Positions 48,797-63,729 of a stretch of 64,000 bases of DNA are shown piece after piece. Position numbers and translations under genes: made by a program. The stretch lies in NCBI RefSeq assembly GCF_009914755.1, contig NC_060927.1. One strand, 5' to 3'. Within the stretch, counting starts at the first letter, position 1; every line of letters starts with the position of its first letter. The notes under the pieces are model-generated. The model saw only the letters and a list, made by a program, of their open reading frames with translations, searched no databases and was not told where the DNA came from. This DNA is from the human T2T-CHM13v2.0 reference genome, Homo sapiens.

Positions 48797-51616
48797 GTAA
48801 CAGCATAAGCAAGGGCATAGACAAGACAACTAATTTGTTTTGAGAGTAAGAATGAGAACTACCTGGTTGGAGAGAAGTTGCAGAAAAATACGTCTTTTTG
48901 CTTCTGGTATCCTGCAAGAATGGCAAGAGAAAAAAGAAAAATAGATCTGGAAAAATAGTAAAAAAGTTTTTAACTAATTAAATGCACCTTTTAAGAATCA
49001 GTGACAGACATTACAACACTTTTCAGAAAGTGACCTAGCTGGTTATAGCCTGAAGTTTGCTGTTTTGGAACGGTGAATTGTGTCATAAACTGGCGGTAAC
49101 CAGCTTATAGAGTGCCATGAGGGGAAATGTTTCCACAGTTAAGGTGCCTCTGGGGAGTTCTTAGGTTAGAGGGATTGTGAGAATCTCTGGTTCACATGGG
49201 CAGAGGACATGGAGTGAATGTTTACTAGAGACAGCATTTTTTCTCTTGTAGGATTGATGTATCTTTGGTGTGTCTTTGTATTTTTGCTGGTTTCATTTTC
49301 ATGAATGGAGGAACCCTAACATGGTCGGTGATTTCTGTTTTCCCTCCATCCTCTTCTAATCTTTCTCCTTTTTATCCTGGCACTCTCATCAGCCCCCCAG
49401 AAGAGGATTTGAATAGGAAGACTTTGGGATTGGGAGCCAGAGGTTCAGTAAAGGCTCTGTTCTTAGAGTGCTTGGTGAATGGGTTATAGAATGGGGATGC
49501 TTTACTCTTGTTTTGTTTTGTTTTGTTGAAGAAACGAGGTCTCGCCATGTTGCCCAGGCTGGCCTCATACTCCTGAGTAGCTGGGGACTACAGGTGTGCC
49601 CCATCCATCTGGGTGTTCTACTCTGTCTTTCTCTCCCCTCCCCCTCCCTCCCTCTCTTTCTTTATCTCTCTTTCTTTTTGGAGTAAATGTTTTTATTTTA
49701 ACTCTGTCAGATGGAATTTTTTCTAAAATGTATCATATATCTTACTGCCTAGCTCAAACTCATCTTAATGACTTGAGTCATTCAGTTTACAAATGTAAGT
49801 GTAATTTAAGGATAGAACTAGGTCTCTGTCCTCAGGGAATTTATGTTCTAGATACAGGAGGCATGTTTGAGAACATCGATTACTTTTGTGTTATTGTAAT
49901 GTGGTGAGACTTTTAGGGCCTATCTAGACAAATTGTTGCTATGTTAAGTGACACAGCTATCCCTTTTTGAGATTGCTTTTTATAAGTTTTTCCTATTTTC
50001 TTTTTTTGTTGTCAGTGGTATCTCAATTTGTTCCTAGTCTGTGAAACTAAGCCATTGAACTTGTTGAAATTGTATATACATTCTTAAAAAGGCTCAGGAT
50101 GGACCTTGAAGATCTTAAAAGTATGTGGACTCTATGACATTGTTTTTGCTGATTTTCAGTTATGTTCTAGTTCACTGCTTCTCAAAATTTAAACGTACAT
50201 TGGAATTATCTGGGGAGCTTGTTAAAATGCTCTCCAGGTAACTGTGATTGTGATTCAATATATTTTGAGGTGGAACTTGAGAGTCTCTGTTTCTGACTAG
50301 CTGCTGGGGGTTGCCAATTCTGGTGGTTTATGGACCACACTTAAGTTAGCAGGGTTCTAGGTTATATATATATCAGAATGAGTAGGTCAGAGGAATTTGT
50401 ATATGTCACATTGTATCACCTTACATGTTATACTAAAATATGTGTAATTACATGACTTATCATTGTTCTTTAGATAATGAACTTCTCAAGGGCAGTGGCT
50501 GATAAAAGGCAGGTGTCTCAGTAAATGTTTATTGAATGAATGTACGCATGAATGAAAACTTTCCTGTAATTATGTGCAATAGCATACTAAGCTGTCATTT
50601 CATATAAATTTCCTGACTCCAGTGTTTTTGTGAGCTGTGGAATTGTCTGTTGGTATAATGCTTATTCTTTATGGAAAGCCAAAGTAATCAGAAAATGCCT
50701 CAGCTTTCAAGCTCCCTGGGATTCAGCCATGTAAGCTCAAAGGGTGTGGTGAAATTCTTGTAAAAATGCTTATAGTTAGTTTTAAGTGATTTGAATTTAA
50801 TTTTAAAAAATTAATATAAGTTATGAGAATCTGGATTTGTAAAATTAAACATGTTAAATTGTTACAGTGAAAAGATTGGTAATTACCCTCCTTGGTATTG
50901 AAGAAACTAGCACTGGATTTGAACATATGTTCTCATTTTCCGATACTTTCTTCCCAAAATAATGTCTAAAGATCTATAGTCATAATTAAAAAATTATTTT
51001 GGTATTGACTTCAATTATATAACTGTTGAAATTGGGAGTTTGTTTAATTAAAAAATGTTACTTAATATTCAACTTTTAATTAGGGTTTTTTATTGCTAAA
51101 CCTTTCTTAAGTTATTGCTAAACTTTTCTTAAAATTGTAAAAATATTAATTCCACAAAGAATCTTCTATTGTTGTTAATCTGAGATGTGAGTAGGAATTG
51201 TTTGAGAATAATATTTTTCAAAGTTTTCTGCACTCTGTAAATAGTACTATCAGTGTTCCCCATTTAATAAGCATTGAAATATGAGAAAAAACTTAAAATG
51301 TCTTTTAAGAACTAAGTGATTGAAATTTCAGATATGATATAATCAATAAAGAAATATATTAAATGTAAAAGAAAAAGGAACTCTTTGTCTAAGAAGGACA
51401 TTGTCTACTTGTGGAACTGGGAAGGCTGGATACTACTTTTAGAAGAAATGAGAAAATGAACTTCATTTTTTGAATTGGGGTTATGATGTGACAGTTATTT
51501 GATTTTGTAAACTATAATTAGAGGGCAGGCAAAGATAAGAAATGAAAAAGACTTATTTTATACTGTTTACATTAAAGTCTTTAATTATAATTTAGATTTT
51601 AGAGTTTTTAAAGGTA

Positions 51617-51911
51617 ATTTTTTTTTTTTTGAGACGGAGTCTCATTCTGTCACCCAGGCTGGAGTGCAGTGTGCGATCTTGGTTCACTGCATCCTCCGCC
51701 TCCTGGGTCCAAGGGATTCTCCTGCCTCAGTCTCTCAAGGAGCTAAGATTACAGGCATGTGCCACCATGCCCGGCTAATTTTTGTATTTTTAGTAGAGAT
51801 GGGGTTTCACCATGTTGGCCAGGCCGGTCTCAAACCCCTGACCTCAGGTGATCCACCCTCCTCACCCTACCACAGTGTTGGGACTACAGGCATGAGCCAC
51901 TGCACCCAGCC
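51617..51911 (-). mobile_element. AluS
   Basis: TSD aaaggtaatt. Confidence 0.88.
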
Positions 51912-52936
51912 TAAAGGTAATTCTTAGGTAATAATTCACTTCTAGGATTTTGTTTCCTGTGGATGTTTTAATATCCATAATTTGAGTTAGTAATTGGTTT
52001 TTGCATGCTAAATAAATGTATTTCAATTAATTCATTTTTATCTCTGTGTAATCACTGCAGAGAGGCGACAAGTGCATTCCCTCTGTAAGTATAGTGAGCA
52101 ATTCAGAGCACCCAGTTAAATATACTGTAATATGCAGCCAACTTTTAAGTAGGAGTCTTCTGGAGAGAATTGAGAAAATATGCTTGACAAAGCATTTCTG
52201 ATGCACAGTGCTGAAATGTGGATTCTTTTTGGTATAAAGACAGTGCCTTCTCTCATGTGTCAAAAAGCAAAATAGAGTTTAGCAAAAACATTCTCAGTTC
52301 AGCAAACATTCACTGAATAGTGGTTATATTCAAGCTGCTGTGTAAGGTTTTAGAAAAAAATTTGAAACAGTTTTACAATCAGGAATGTGCATTGTGGTGC
52401 CTTCCTGGGATACTTTGATTTTTTTCATCATTTTATCTCTAGGAATACTGTGTGAAAATAGCTTCTGAAGATATCTAAATGCTGGTGTTTTGGAAATTAC
52501 AGGCTCTAACAGAAAATAATAGGATTAAACAGTTTGAAAAGGGGCAGGGCTTGAAATGAGTTAAATATTGAGAATTACAGATGGAAAGCAGGTAAGTACC
52601 TTCCATTAAGCTCATAAAATCAAATTCTTTCTTGTAGAAATAAAGAATTTAAGAGCCACTTAAACCTATTTTCTGAAATTTAATGTCTGTTTGTTTCAAG
52701 GGTCTGCGTAACTTTTTAACCTGAGTTAAGAAAATGATGACTAATAAAGTCATTTGTTGCAAGTCTTCATCTTTTTTCTTGATGCTTAAAGGAGTTTTTT
52801 CTTATCCTTTAGCTGACATAGCATTTGATAGTTGGGTGGAAATCTTGTAGTGTTTGCTTCTTTTTTATTTTAAAGTAGTTGTTACATTAAACTAGTTGTT
52901 ATGGTGGTATTTAATAATTTCAGCAAGGAGATATAC

Positions 52937-53116
52937 AGGTTGAATATCTCTTTGGAATACTTGCATTATACTTAACCGGTTGAGCATCCCTAATCAAAAA
53001 TCTGAAATCCATAATGCTCCAATGAGCATTCCTGTGAGTATCATGTTGGTGCTCAAGAGTTTCAGATTTTGGAGCATTTCGGAGTTGGGATTCTTGGATT
53101 TGGGATGCTCCACCTA
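52937..53116. mobile_element. Tigger4/MER46-like DNA transposon fragment
   Basis: caggttga.. / ..atgctccacct termini and the atccctaatc..aaaatctgaaatcc motif. Confidence 0.6.
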
Positions 53117-53191
53117 TATAAGAAAATACTGTACATTTGCATAGAGCGTTACTCTTTATATATAATGCTTATATATATTAATAACATCTCA

Positions 53192-53520
<329 letters not shown>

Positions 53521-54832
53521 TGTCCATGGGTTATTTTTCCTTTAAACAGTTTCTAACCTTTATTTTGAAGCCTCTGTGCATCACTTTGTGATGCAAAAGA
53601 TTTATTCATCTCATATATATGTGCAATTTGAATACTAGAAATCCTTTATTTTGTGAATTCCATTTAGATTAACCATCAGCATGAAATTCAATGAAATCCT
53701 TTTATCAAAAAAAATGTTCCTTGATGGTTGGAATCCAGCTTAAAAAAAAACCCAATATGTATTTCTTTGCCAAACTATGATCCCCATTGGCATAGTACCC
53801 TTGAGAATTGTCCAAATGTTGCAAAGTGTTGTCACTTCATTTGCTGTAGTTGTTTCTTTATAACAACTATGTTTCTGAAATGATAGTTTCAAGACAAGGA
53901 ATGTTGGTAATGTTTCTTTTATCATTACACTTTGGATAAAGTGGAAATTTGTAATTGACATAGGTAATATCTCTCTCTCTTTGCTGTTTTCGTGCCATTC
54001 TCTATCTTAGGCAAAAGTTACACTCTGTTTTTAGTTTCCAAATAAACTGCATTAGTGGGGTGGAAAAACAAGGATGCATTTCTTTGTGCCTTAAAAATAC
54101 TGAAAAGTCACCTCATATGTATAGAAGGGAACAGTGTTGAGGATTTTTATTTTAAGAAAACATGAAAGAAGAAAGGATTTAGAGTGCTCGCTGAAGTTGA
54201 CTGCTCATTAGAGAAATTTCCAATTTTGTAGTCAAAATCTTATAGCAAATGCATTGCAACATTACACATATAGTTATGAGAAACGTTTTTTGTGTATCTT
54301 TTTATTTTTTACTTAGGCAACAACTGAGTTTTTTTCTTAGCAGAGAAAAGGGCACCGTTGGTACCATTGGTGTAATTTGATCTTCATGGATTGTGGATCA
54401 AAAATAAATCTAAGATTTAAAACACCTGTTCCATTTGTAGTTAATTTTAGTAGCTTATAGAATAACATTTCTGTGATCTCTAGCCCTTTTGCCTATTGCA
54501 TACAGTGATGAAATACTGTAGCTATTAAATTTGCCTTGTGAAGCCAAGAGGACTAGATTTAGCACCGTCTTTACTTGGCTCAAGATCCTGATTAAAACAC
54601 AAATTCTAGAGATTACATTATTCATAAGGGAATCTCCCAAAGCTGTTTTTGTGGATCTGGTCCTAATGCAAAATTTTACAAATTGTTTAAAGCTGGTGAA
54701 TGGGTGTTTTTCCCCTTGGCATATAAATTTGTAACTTGTTAAAATGCTTGTAACAAGCATGTCTGATTCTGACACAAATCTAGATAACTTCACAATTATC
54801 AAATTGTATCAAATTGTTCTCACAAGACTTTA

Positions 54833-55027
<195 letters not shown>

Positions 55028-57684
55028 TCAAGAACTAATTAAGGAGTTTTGTTATGGTAGTACTTTGTAACCAGCGTCCTAACAATAGTAGCAAAATAAG
55101 TTCAGACAAAGCTTTGGTGCTGATGTCTCATTCCCTGGGCATTAAGAAACCCCCAGAAATGTGGTGGCACAAATTAAGCCATGAAACCACAATTCAATAC
55201 ATGCAGCTTGCCACTGCTTACTCACTGTTCCACAATTTGCTAGTGCTTATGACTAATTAGGTATTCACTTTAGAGTTTTAAGTAATTGGTCAGAGGCTTA
55301 TACCTGATTAGGATATGTACATGGACAAGCTGGGCTGTCATGGTTTAATCTGAGCTTACAGTGATTTACATTCTAAACAAATATGAATAAATTGCACTTC
55401 AGAGCCGCTCCCACCTCTGTTCAACAGGATTTAGATGATAGGACTTGGACTAGAACCTTGGAATAGCCATCTGGCATGTAAGCTACATAAGAGCATTGAC
55501 TTTTTTTTTCTGTACTGCATCCCCTGTGCCTCACACAGTGAGTAGCCTGTAGTAGGTGCTCAATACATACGTGTTGAAGGTTTGAATAAAAGAATACTTA
55601 TGTCAGGGAAGGAAATAATTCAGTATATGGGTTAGGAAAGCAGAGGAAAATCTAAATGAGAGTGTTTTAAGAAGACAGTCAAACTTTGCAGTGTATGTAA
55701 AGGGGACGAGAGCTGAGAAAGATGACTAATGACTTCTGAGAGCACCTTTAGTAGAGTGATAGAGGTTTTGGGTGAATGAGAGAGTAAGTTTAGGTGAGTG
55801 GAGACTACTGTTTTCAAGGAAGTTGAACTGTAAAAGGAAGGAGAGAGATGACTTTTTGATGGGGAGTAGGTTATATTTATATATAGGACCCTTTAAGTAA
55901 GTAAATGTGAAAATTTTAAAGGAAAGGAGATAATCACAGGTTATATTTTTGAATGCTAGAAGTACTTTCAGTGAAGGTTTCTGAGTTCATTTGTTTTCTC
56001 TTGGCTCTGTTTAATACTGTTAGCAGACTCACAGGTTTGAATAATATCATATGCAATAGAAATAACATATTTAAGATGTTATTTTTTAACATCATGTCAG
56101 GCTTTGGGCTTTTATTGATTTCCCAGTAGTGTAGCTTTTGTATTTTTATTTTAAGAAAACAATAATAAATCTTAGACTTTGGCCACTTTAAGACACAATA
56201 TTAATTTTTTTTAATGTGGTAATTGGATTTTCTTTGTAATTTCTCTATACTCTGCATTTAAGTGTAGAGTGATTACATACATTATAGACCCTACTTGGTC
56301 CTTTAAAAACTGCTAGTCTTCATTATTTTTATAATTACAGAAAAGGATTCAATTTTAAGAATTTTGAAGATTAGTGAAGCTGACTTAGCTTAGTTGATAG
56401 ACTGAGAGGCTTCATGAATTTAAAACATTTTTTTTCCAACCCAGAAAACATTCTATTAATATCTTAAGTGTTTTAGATTTGGTTAAGAAAGGGGGTGGAG
56501 ATGATACAGAGAGTGGTCCCTATGGAGTGGTGAGGATCAAAGAGGGATGAGAAATGGAAGTGGGTTGGCAAGAGAGGGAAGAGATAGATTTAAGATGAGG
56601 GAAAAGTTGTTACATATATTGTCAAGAATTCTTTGTGAAAGGAACAACCAAAAGTTTGGTAGCTGGATGGAAAGGGAGAACGTGGAGACGTTTTTGTGGT
56701 GGACATTGCTGTTTCTAATGGCAATTTTTGAGCATGTTTTCTCAGAAGAAAGAGCCAGTAGAGAAAGAAGTGGAAAATAGGAGAGAAGGGATAATGGATG
56801 GCACATGGCTTCTGAAAGATCGTGGGGAGTGGGTGGAGATAAGAGTCAGGTGAAGTTACCAGTCTTAGGCTAGAGAAGAGATACGTAAGTCTCCTGTGGA
56901 TACAGGAAAGAAGAAAATGACTGGAATAATAAGTTGCTTATGTTTGTTTGTTTTTGGAGGGGGCTGAGATCAAAGGGAAGAGAAGCCTGCTGGCCTATAT
57001 ATTCTCTCTGGAGTCATAAGTAAAGTCACCTGAGGTAAAGTGGCTGGGTAAGGAGTCTGAAGTAAGTGCTGAATAGGAGATTTTCAGGCACTATTGTTAT
57101 ATGATAGCATCATAGAGTTGTCTTATTTTCCCAAGAAGCCCACATTGAGTAGAGTATAGGAACAGAGAAGGCAGACTGGTTAGATTAACCTAATGTTGGG
57201 AATTTGCAGCTTTCTGAATGTGACAGAAAGAGCAAGGAGTGAAGAAGTCAAGGGTGTTGTCAAGAATGTGCTTTAAGTTTTGGGCCATGGAATCAAGACA
57301 GAGGACATAAAGTGAAGCCACATGAAGGCTTTTCTAACGAATCCATGCCACCCTTCCATCCCTTACCTTTGTCTCCATCCACAGGGAGTGTGGGGAGGAT
57401 ACTTACTCCCTCAAATTAATTATTTTCTCCACTCAAAAATTGAGCCACATGTTTTTATATCTTTTAAGTTACTTCCAAGTTTATCATACTGTAAACCTTT
57501 AAAATACAGTTTGTTGTCAGCTATAAGTTGAACTTGTTTCGCCTGTTTATCCTTCCAATATTCAGTATTGGAGAACTAAAATGAGACAGATAAAGTAGTA
57601 CATGTGCCACATTGTTTCCTACTTAATGATTCTGTAAAGTATCCTTTCTTAAGTAGCAGTTACTTAATACGCTAGAGAAGTAAT

Positions 57685-59265
57685 ATGTTTGAGAACATGC
57701 AGTATTTCGTTTTCTGTTCCTCCTTTAGTTTGCTAGTGATAATGGCCTCCAGAGATGACACAAACAAATGGAAAAACATTCCATCCTCATGGATAGGAAG
57801 AATTAATATTGTTAAAATGGCCATACTGCCCAAAGCTGAAGGGGTGGGTTGCCCCTCCACACCTGTGGGTGTTTCTCGTTAGGTGGAACGAGAGACTTGG
57901 AAAAGAAAAAGACACAGAGACAAAGTATAGAGAAAAAAATAAGGGGACCCAGGGAACCAGCGTTCAGCATATGGAGGATCCCGCCAGCCTCTGAGTTCCC
58001 TTAGTATTTATTGATCATTTTTGGGTGTTTCTCAGAGAGGGGGATGTGGCAGGGTCATAGGATAATAGTGGAGAGAAGGTCAGCAGATAAACACGTGAAC
58101 AAAGGTCTCTGCATCATAGACAAGGTAAAGAATTAAGTGCTGTGCTTTAGATATGCATACACATAAACATCTCAATGCCTTACAGAGCAGTATTGTTGCC
58201 CACATGTCCCACCTCCAGCCCTAAGGCGGTTTTCCCCTATCTCAGTAGATGGAACATACAATCGGTTTTATACCGAGACATTCCATTGCCCAGGGACGGG
58301 CAGGAGACAGATGCCTTCCTCTTGTCTCAACTGCAAAGAGGCATGCCTTCCTCTTGTACTAATCCTCCTCAGCACAGACCCTTTACGGGTGTCGGGCTAG
58401 GGGACGGTCAGGTCTTTCCCTGCCCACGAGGCCATATTTCAGACTATCACATGGGGAGAAACCTTGGACAATACCTGGCTTTCCTAGGCAGAGGTCCCTG
58501 CAGCCTTCCGCAGTGTTTGTGTCCCTGGGTACTTGAGATTAGGGAGTGGTGATGACTGTTAACGAGCATGCTGCCTTCAAGCATCTGTTTAACAAAGCAC
58601 ATCTTGCACAGCCCTTAATCCATTTAACCCTGAGTTGACACAGCACATGTCTTGGGGGTAAGGTTATAGATTAACAGCATCTCAAGGCAGAAGAATTTTT
58701 CTTAGTACAGAACAAAATGGAGTCTCCTATGTCTACTTCTTTCTACACAGACACAGTAACAATCTGATCTCTCTTTCTTTTCCCCACAAAAGCAATTTGT
58801 AGATTCAGTGCTATTCTCGTTACACTACCATTGACATTCTTCACAAAACTAGAGAAAACTATTTTAAAATTCGTATGGAACCAAAAAAGAGCCCAAATAG
58901 CCTAGGCAATCCTAAGCAAAAAGAACAAAACTGAAGGCATCACGCTACCTGACTTCAAACTACACTACAGGGCTAAAGTAACCAAAACAGCAGGATACTG
59001 GTACAAGAACAGACACATAGACCAGTGGAACAGAACAGAGGACCCAGAAATAAGACTGCACACCTACAACTGTCTGATCTTCAATAAACCTGACATAAGT
59101 AATGGGGAAAGGATTCCCTATCTAATAAATGGTGCTGGGATAACTGGATAGCCATATGCAGAAAATTGAAACTGGATCTCTTCTTTACACTATATACAAA
59201 AATCAACTCAAGATGGAAGCCTAAAAACTATGAAAACCCCATAATAAAACCCAGGGAATACTATT
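57685..59265 (+). mobile_element. L1P ORF2 fragment (57752-57836, 58789-~59265) preceded by a short inverted L1 3'UTR piece
   Basis: [27 protein letters not shown]; ctacctgacttcaaactac. Confidence 0.8.
57837..58788 (-). mobile_element. Solo LTR5 (HERV-K HML-2), LTR5B-like
   Basis: Reverse complement runs TGTGGGGAAAAGAAAGAGAGATCAG...GGCAACCCACCCCTTCA; TSD aaagc. Confidence 0.9.
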
Positions 59266-59744
59266 CAAAATTGTATTTTCAGTATGATTGAGTTTATTAT
59301 AAATATAGATGTCTATATGTAAATATATGTCTATATATATGTCTATAAATACACACATGAGAAACTGAAAAGTGATTCACAAAAAGTGATTATCTCATGG
59401 TAATGGAATTGTGGTTGGTTTTTAATTTTTTTAATGCATTGGCAAAATTCTTTAAAATGATTATGATTAAAAATTCATTTTAAGAAAGTAAGCTGTTGTT
59501 CAGTAACAATAACAAAAGAAATAGTATTCATGGATTCTGTTTATTAAGGAATTATGTAGCCAAGCATTGCCCTGAATTTTTTGTGTTCAGAAACTTATTT
59601 AAGCATTAACTGACCCTATAAGATAAGCATTGTGGTGCTTTTTCCTTTTGTAAGGTCACATGGCTGTTGAAGGGCCAAAATTGAAACCCAGGTCTGACAC
59701 TAAAGCTCAAATTTATGAATTTTTATAATACGTTAAATAGAGTT

Positions 59745-60560
59745 GATTTTTTTAAATTGTGGTAAAATATACATAATGTAAAAAGTTTACCATCTTGACC
59801 ATTTTTCAGTGTACATTAGTATTGAGTACATTTACATTGTTGTGCATATAATCTCTAGAATGCTTTTCATCTTGCAGAACTGAAACTTTGTATCTGTTAA
59901 AGAGCTCCTCATTCTCCCCTCCCTCTGCCCTGGTAACCGCTCTCTAAATTTACTACTCTAGGTACCTCACATAAGTGGCATTGTATAGTATTTGTCTTTT
60001 TGGGACGGATTTATTTCACTTTCCGTAATGTTGTCAAGGTTCATCTATGTCGTAGCATGTGTCAGAATTTCCTCCCTTTTTAGGCTGTATAATAGTCCAT
60101 TATATATTATATATAATATATATTCTATAATATGTAATTAACTTATTAATTACATATATAAATTAATAAACATATATAATATGATAAATATATAATATTT
60201 GTTTATTAATTACATATATCTATGCATACAGTACACACCCCCCCCCTTTTTGTTTATTCATTCATCCCTCAGTGAACGGACACTTGGGTTGCATTCACCT
60301 TTGGGCTACTGTGGATAATGCTGCTGTGAACATGTGTATACAAAAGTCTCTTTCAGACTCTGCCTTCAATTCTTTCAGACATTTCAGGATATGGAATTGC
60401 TGAATTGTATGAGACATGTATTTTTAATTCTTTGTGGAACTGTCATACCGTTTTCCATAGTGGCTGCGTCATTTTGCATTTCCACTAACTGTACACAAGG
60501 GTTCACATCTTTGTCAACCTATGTTTTTTGAAAGTAGTAGTCATCCTCATGAGTGTGACA
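59745..60560 (-). mobile_element. L1MB 3' end with an AT-rich low-complexity insert (~60100-60220)
   Basis: aattgtggtaaaatatacataa..tttaccatctt; ggacacttgggttgc. Confidence 0.75.
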
Positions 60561-60589
60561 GGTTCTTTGGTTTGGTTTTATTATTTTGT

Positions 60590-60918
60590 GTTTTTTTTTT
60601 GTTTGTTTGCTTTTTGAGACAAGGTCTTGTTCTGTAGCCTGTTTTTTGAGACAGGGTCTCGTTCTGTAGCCCAGGCTGGAGTGCAGTGGTATGATCTTGG
60701 CCTTACTGCAGCCTCTGCCTCCTGAGCTCAATTGATCCTCCTGCCTCAGCCTGTTGAGTAGCTGGGACTACAGCTGCATACCACTACAACTTGCTAATTT
60801 TTGTACTTTTTGTGGAAATGGGTTTTTTCCATGTTGCCCAGGCTGGTCTCAAACTCCTGGGCTCAAGCCATCCAACCAGAAGTGCTGGGATTACAGGTAT
60901 AAGCTACTGCCCCTGGCC
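60590..60918 (-). mobile_element. AluJ with a duplicated 3' end
   Basis: ttttgagaca.ggtct.gttctgtagcc occurs twice. Confidence 0.8.
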
Positions 60919-61029
60919 TGGTTTGGGTTTAGTTTTTGAGTGAGGTTTTAATAGACTTGATCTTTAAATTCTTTCAGACCTCTTGAAGAATAAATAATTA
61001 ATGAACAAATAATATATATGTATCATACA

Positions 61030-61410
61030 CTTAACCAGTTGAACTACTGATACTTGTGTTCAAAATTAAGGTAATTATAATAACCAAAAAGTTGAAACAA
61101 CTCAAAAGCCCATTATGTAATGGATGGATAAGTAAAATATGGTATATTCATATACAATGGACTATTATTTGGCAATGAAAAGCATATATTGATACATGCT
61201 ACATTATGGATAGATGTTGAAATGTTATGCTAAATGAAACCAGGCATAAAGGCCACACATTATATGATTCCAGTTATATGAAATATCTAGAATAGGTAAA
61301 TATGTAGAGACAGAAAGTAAATCAGCGGTTGGCAGAGACTGGGGTCAGGGTAGGAGGTGCTGGTGGGGAGGAATGGCGAGTGACTGCTAATGGGTATGGG
61401 GTTTCTTTAA
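61030..61410 (+). mobile_element. L1M 3' fragment
   Basis: atatgattcc..tatatgaaatatctagaataggtaaat..gagacagaaagta. Confidence 0.7.
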
Positions 61411-63729
61411 GTGCAGAAAGATACTTGTTAAAAAAAAAAAAAAAAGGAGATGAACTAAGTCTCGTTTCTTGTTTTCATGCCCTGTTTGGCGAGAGTGTGT
61501 GTATATTTAAACAGTTTTCATAAATTTTGAAATGATGGGGAAAATAAATTTTTAGAACATGGTTGGGAGGAAAACCGAATTTAGAAAAATGTTAGTATAT
61601 AGTCATTTTTTCCTAGTGGGAGATTTCCTATAATATATATTATAGGAATATAATATATAATTCCTATTTCCTATAATTTTAATTTTAGGAACACAATATA
61701 TGTAATCCAGTTGCTTTTAAAAATCATAATTTTAGTATGATTCAATATGGTTTATTCAGAAAATTACAAAATTTCTAATAACGAATTTGTTAATCATAGA
61801 AGCATTTGGAAATGCATATTAAATTTGGTAGTGCTTGAAAATTCATGCTTCCTTCTCCCATACATTGTGCAAATGCTTCCATATGTTATTCACCATTTGG
61901 CTAAAGAAGAAAAATCCAATTCATTTGCTAGCTTGAGTATAAATATTAAACTATTTCCATATAAATCCAGTGACATTGTTTGCCTCGCTGTAATTCTGAA
62001 GCAACTTGGGCTACAATGCTTAGATTAGGTGATTTTACCACACAACATCAGGTGAGGGGAAATTCTGTTATGTTTTATTTAGGTTTGGAAAATAATGCTA
62101 TTGATAGATCATGACAGGAACCTGTAGTATTATACCAACATACGTTAATAGTTTCAAAGTCACAGAGTCAGGAGGAGGTGAGTTTCTCCTTCCTTCCCAC
62201 CTCAGAACCATGGGATTTGGTCTGTCCTGACCTTTCTGAGCAAAGGAGATAATTTTGCTTATTTTTTGTACTTTCTAGAATAAATGGACAAAGCCTGTAC
62301 TTTTCTGTTTTAAAACCTTGTCTGGATGTCCAGTGTAACTGTACCAATCTTTAATTTGTAAGGTCAGTGAGAAGCTGCTGGTAATCAAAGAAGACTGAAC
62401 AAAACACAGCCCACCCACTCATACCACAGCAGACATGGATTTTGCTTTTGTATGTTAGAATTGTATTACTTGTTTAAAAGCAGAAACTTGGTTTAGGGGA
62501 AGAGGAATTCTATTTGGGAGCTAAATGCTATAGAATTCTTATCTCTGATTGATCCTTCTATGAATGATTTACCTTAACAATTTTCAGCTCTTTACTACTT
62601 TTATAAGCACATTTATATTGTCGAAGGTCTATTAACTGTACCTTTGGATGCCTTGTTCAGAAAATAGTGTTACTTTTAATTATTTAGGTTTGTAAGAAGT
62701 ATCTTTTGCTACTTAAGGTGTAGCATTTTCTGGTCTTCAAAGGAGCCCTTGCTCATGGTTGTACTGCTGGAGAGCACATTTGTGGTTCCCTGGAGACAGC
62801 ATCAAAGACTCCAACAGCAGCTGTATCAACAGAGATGTGTTTGTACATTATTGTGATTTAAAAAGTACTTTGAGGATTGGGCATTTTGCAACAAAATACA
62901 AGCTTTGTTCTCTGGAATAGTAGGGGATTTGGCAAAATTACTTCAAAAAGAAAAGGATTTTGCACTAAAAAGTGAATAATTCTAATTCTTCATCTAGTAA
63001 AATAATTTCATCCCAGTAAGTAGTGTTTTTAGTCCCTCATTATTTGACACATTTGACCATTTAAATATATGGTATTTATTCACCAAAGATGCCATTAAAT
63101 TTTCTTTGTTTCATGGTTACTAACAGCCTGCCTTGTACATTTTGGCCAGAAGAGAAGAGATAAACCCCAGTTTTTATCAGCTATAGGCCTGAACTCTCAA
63201 CAGTAGACTTGAAATCTTTTTCTCTACCTCTCCCTTCCAACACTTTGGTGACCATATAGCAAAAGAACTAAATGTTTCTTGTGTGGTTATTAGTTATCTT
63301 CTGTTCATATGAATTTGTAGTAGCTTTGTCAAGGAACCTTTCAAATTCGATGAGTACTTTTCTGTTGAGTATGATCCTAAGTGATTACATTTTCATTTAA
63401 TTCCTTTCTCTTAGGAGAGCAACGCTTTATGAAATTTATACATTTAAACTAATATTCTTAGATGCCTATCAGTGGGGAAGTTTTCATTGTCTTAGTGAAA
63501 AAAATGAAGAGTGGGAATAATTTATTTTCTTCAGAACCACAAAAATGGGACAGAAATCCTGATTTCCTGATCCTAGTGAGATCATCTGCCTTTTAGGCTG
63601 CTTCAAAGAATGTTACAGATTGTCCAGGTTATGAAGCTCTTAAAAATTTGTACAGATTTTTAATGTATGCTGAAATCATAAACAATGACTGAAACCTCAG
63701 TTTTTGAAAATTCCTAAGGAATTGATTGA

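Noticed and set aside
54505-54591. C/D-box snoRNA-like GTGATGA...CTGA in intron 1
   Set aside because: No terminal stem and no recognisable guide sequence
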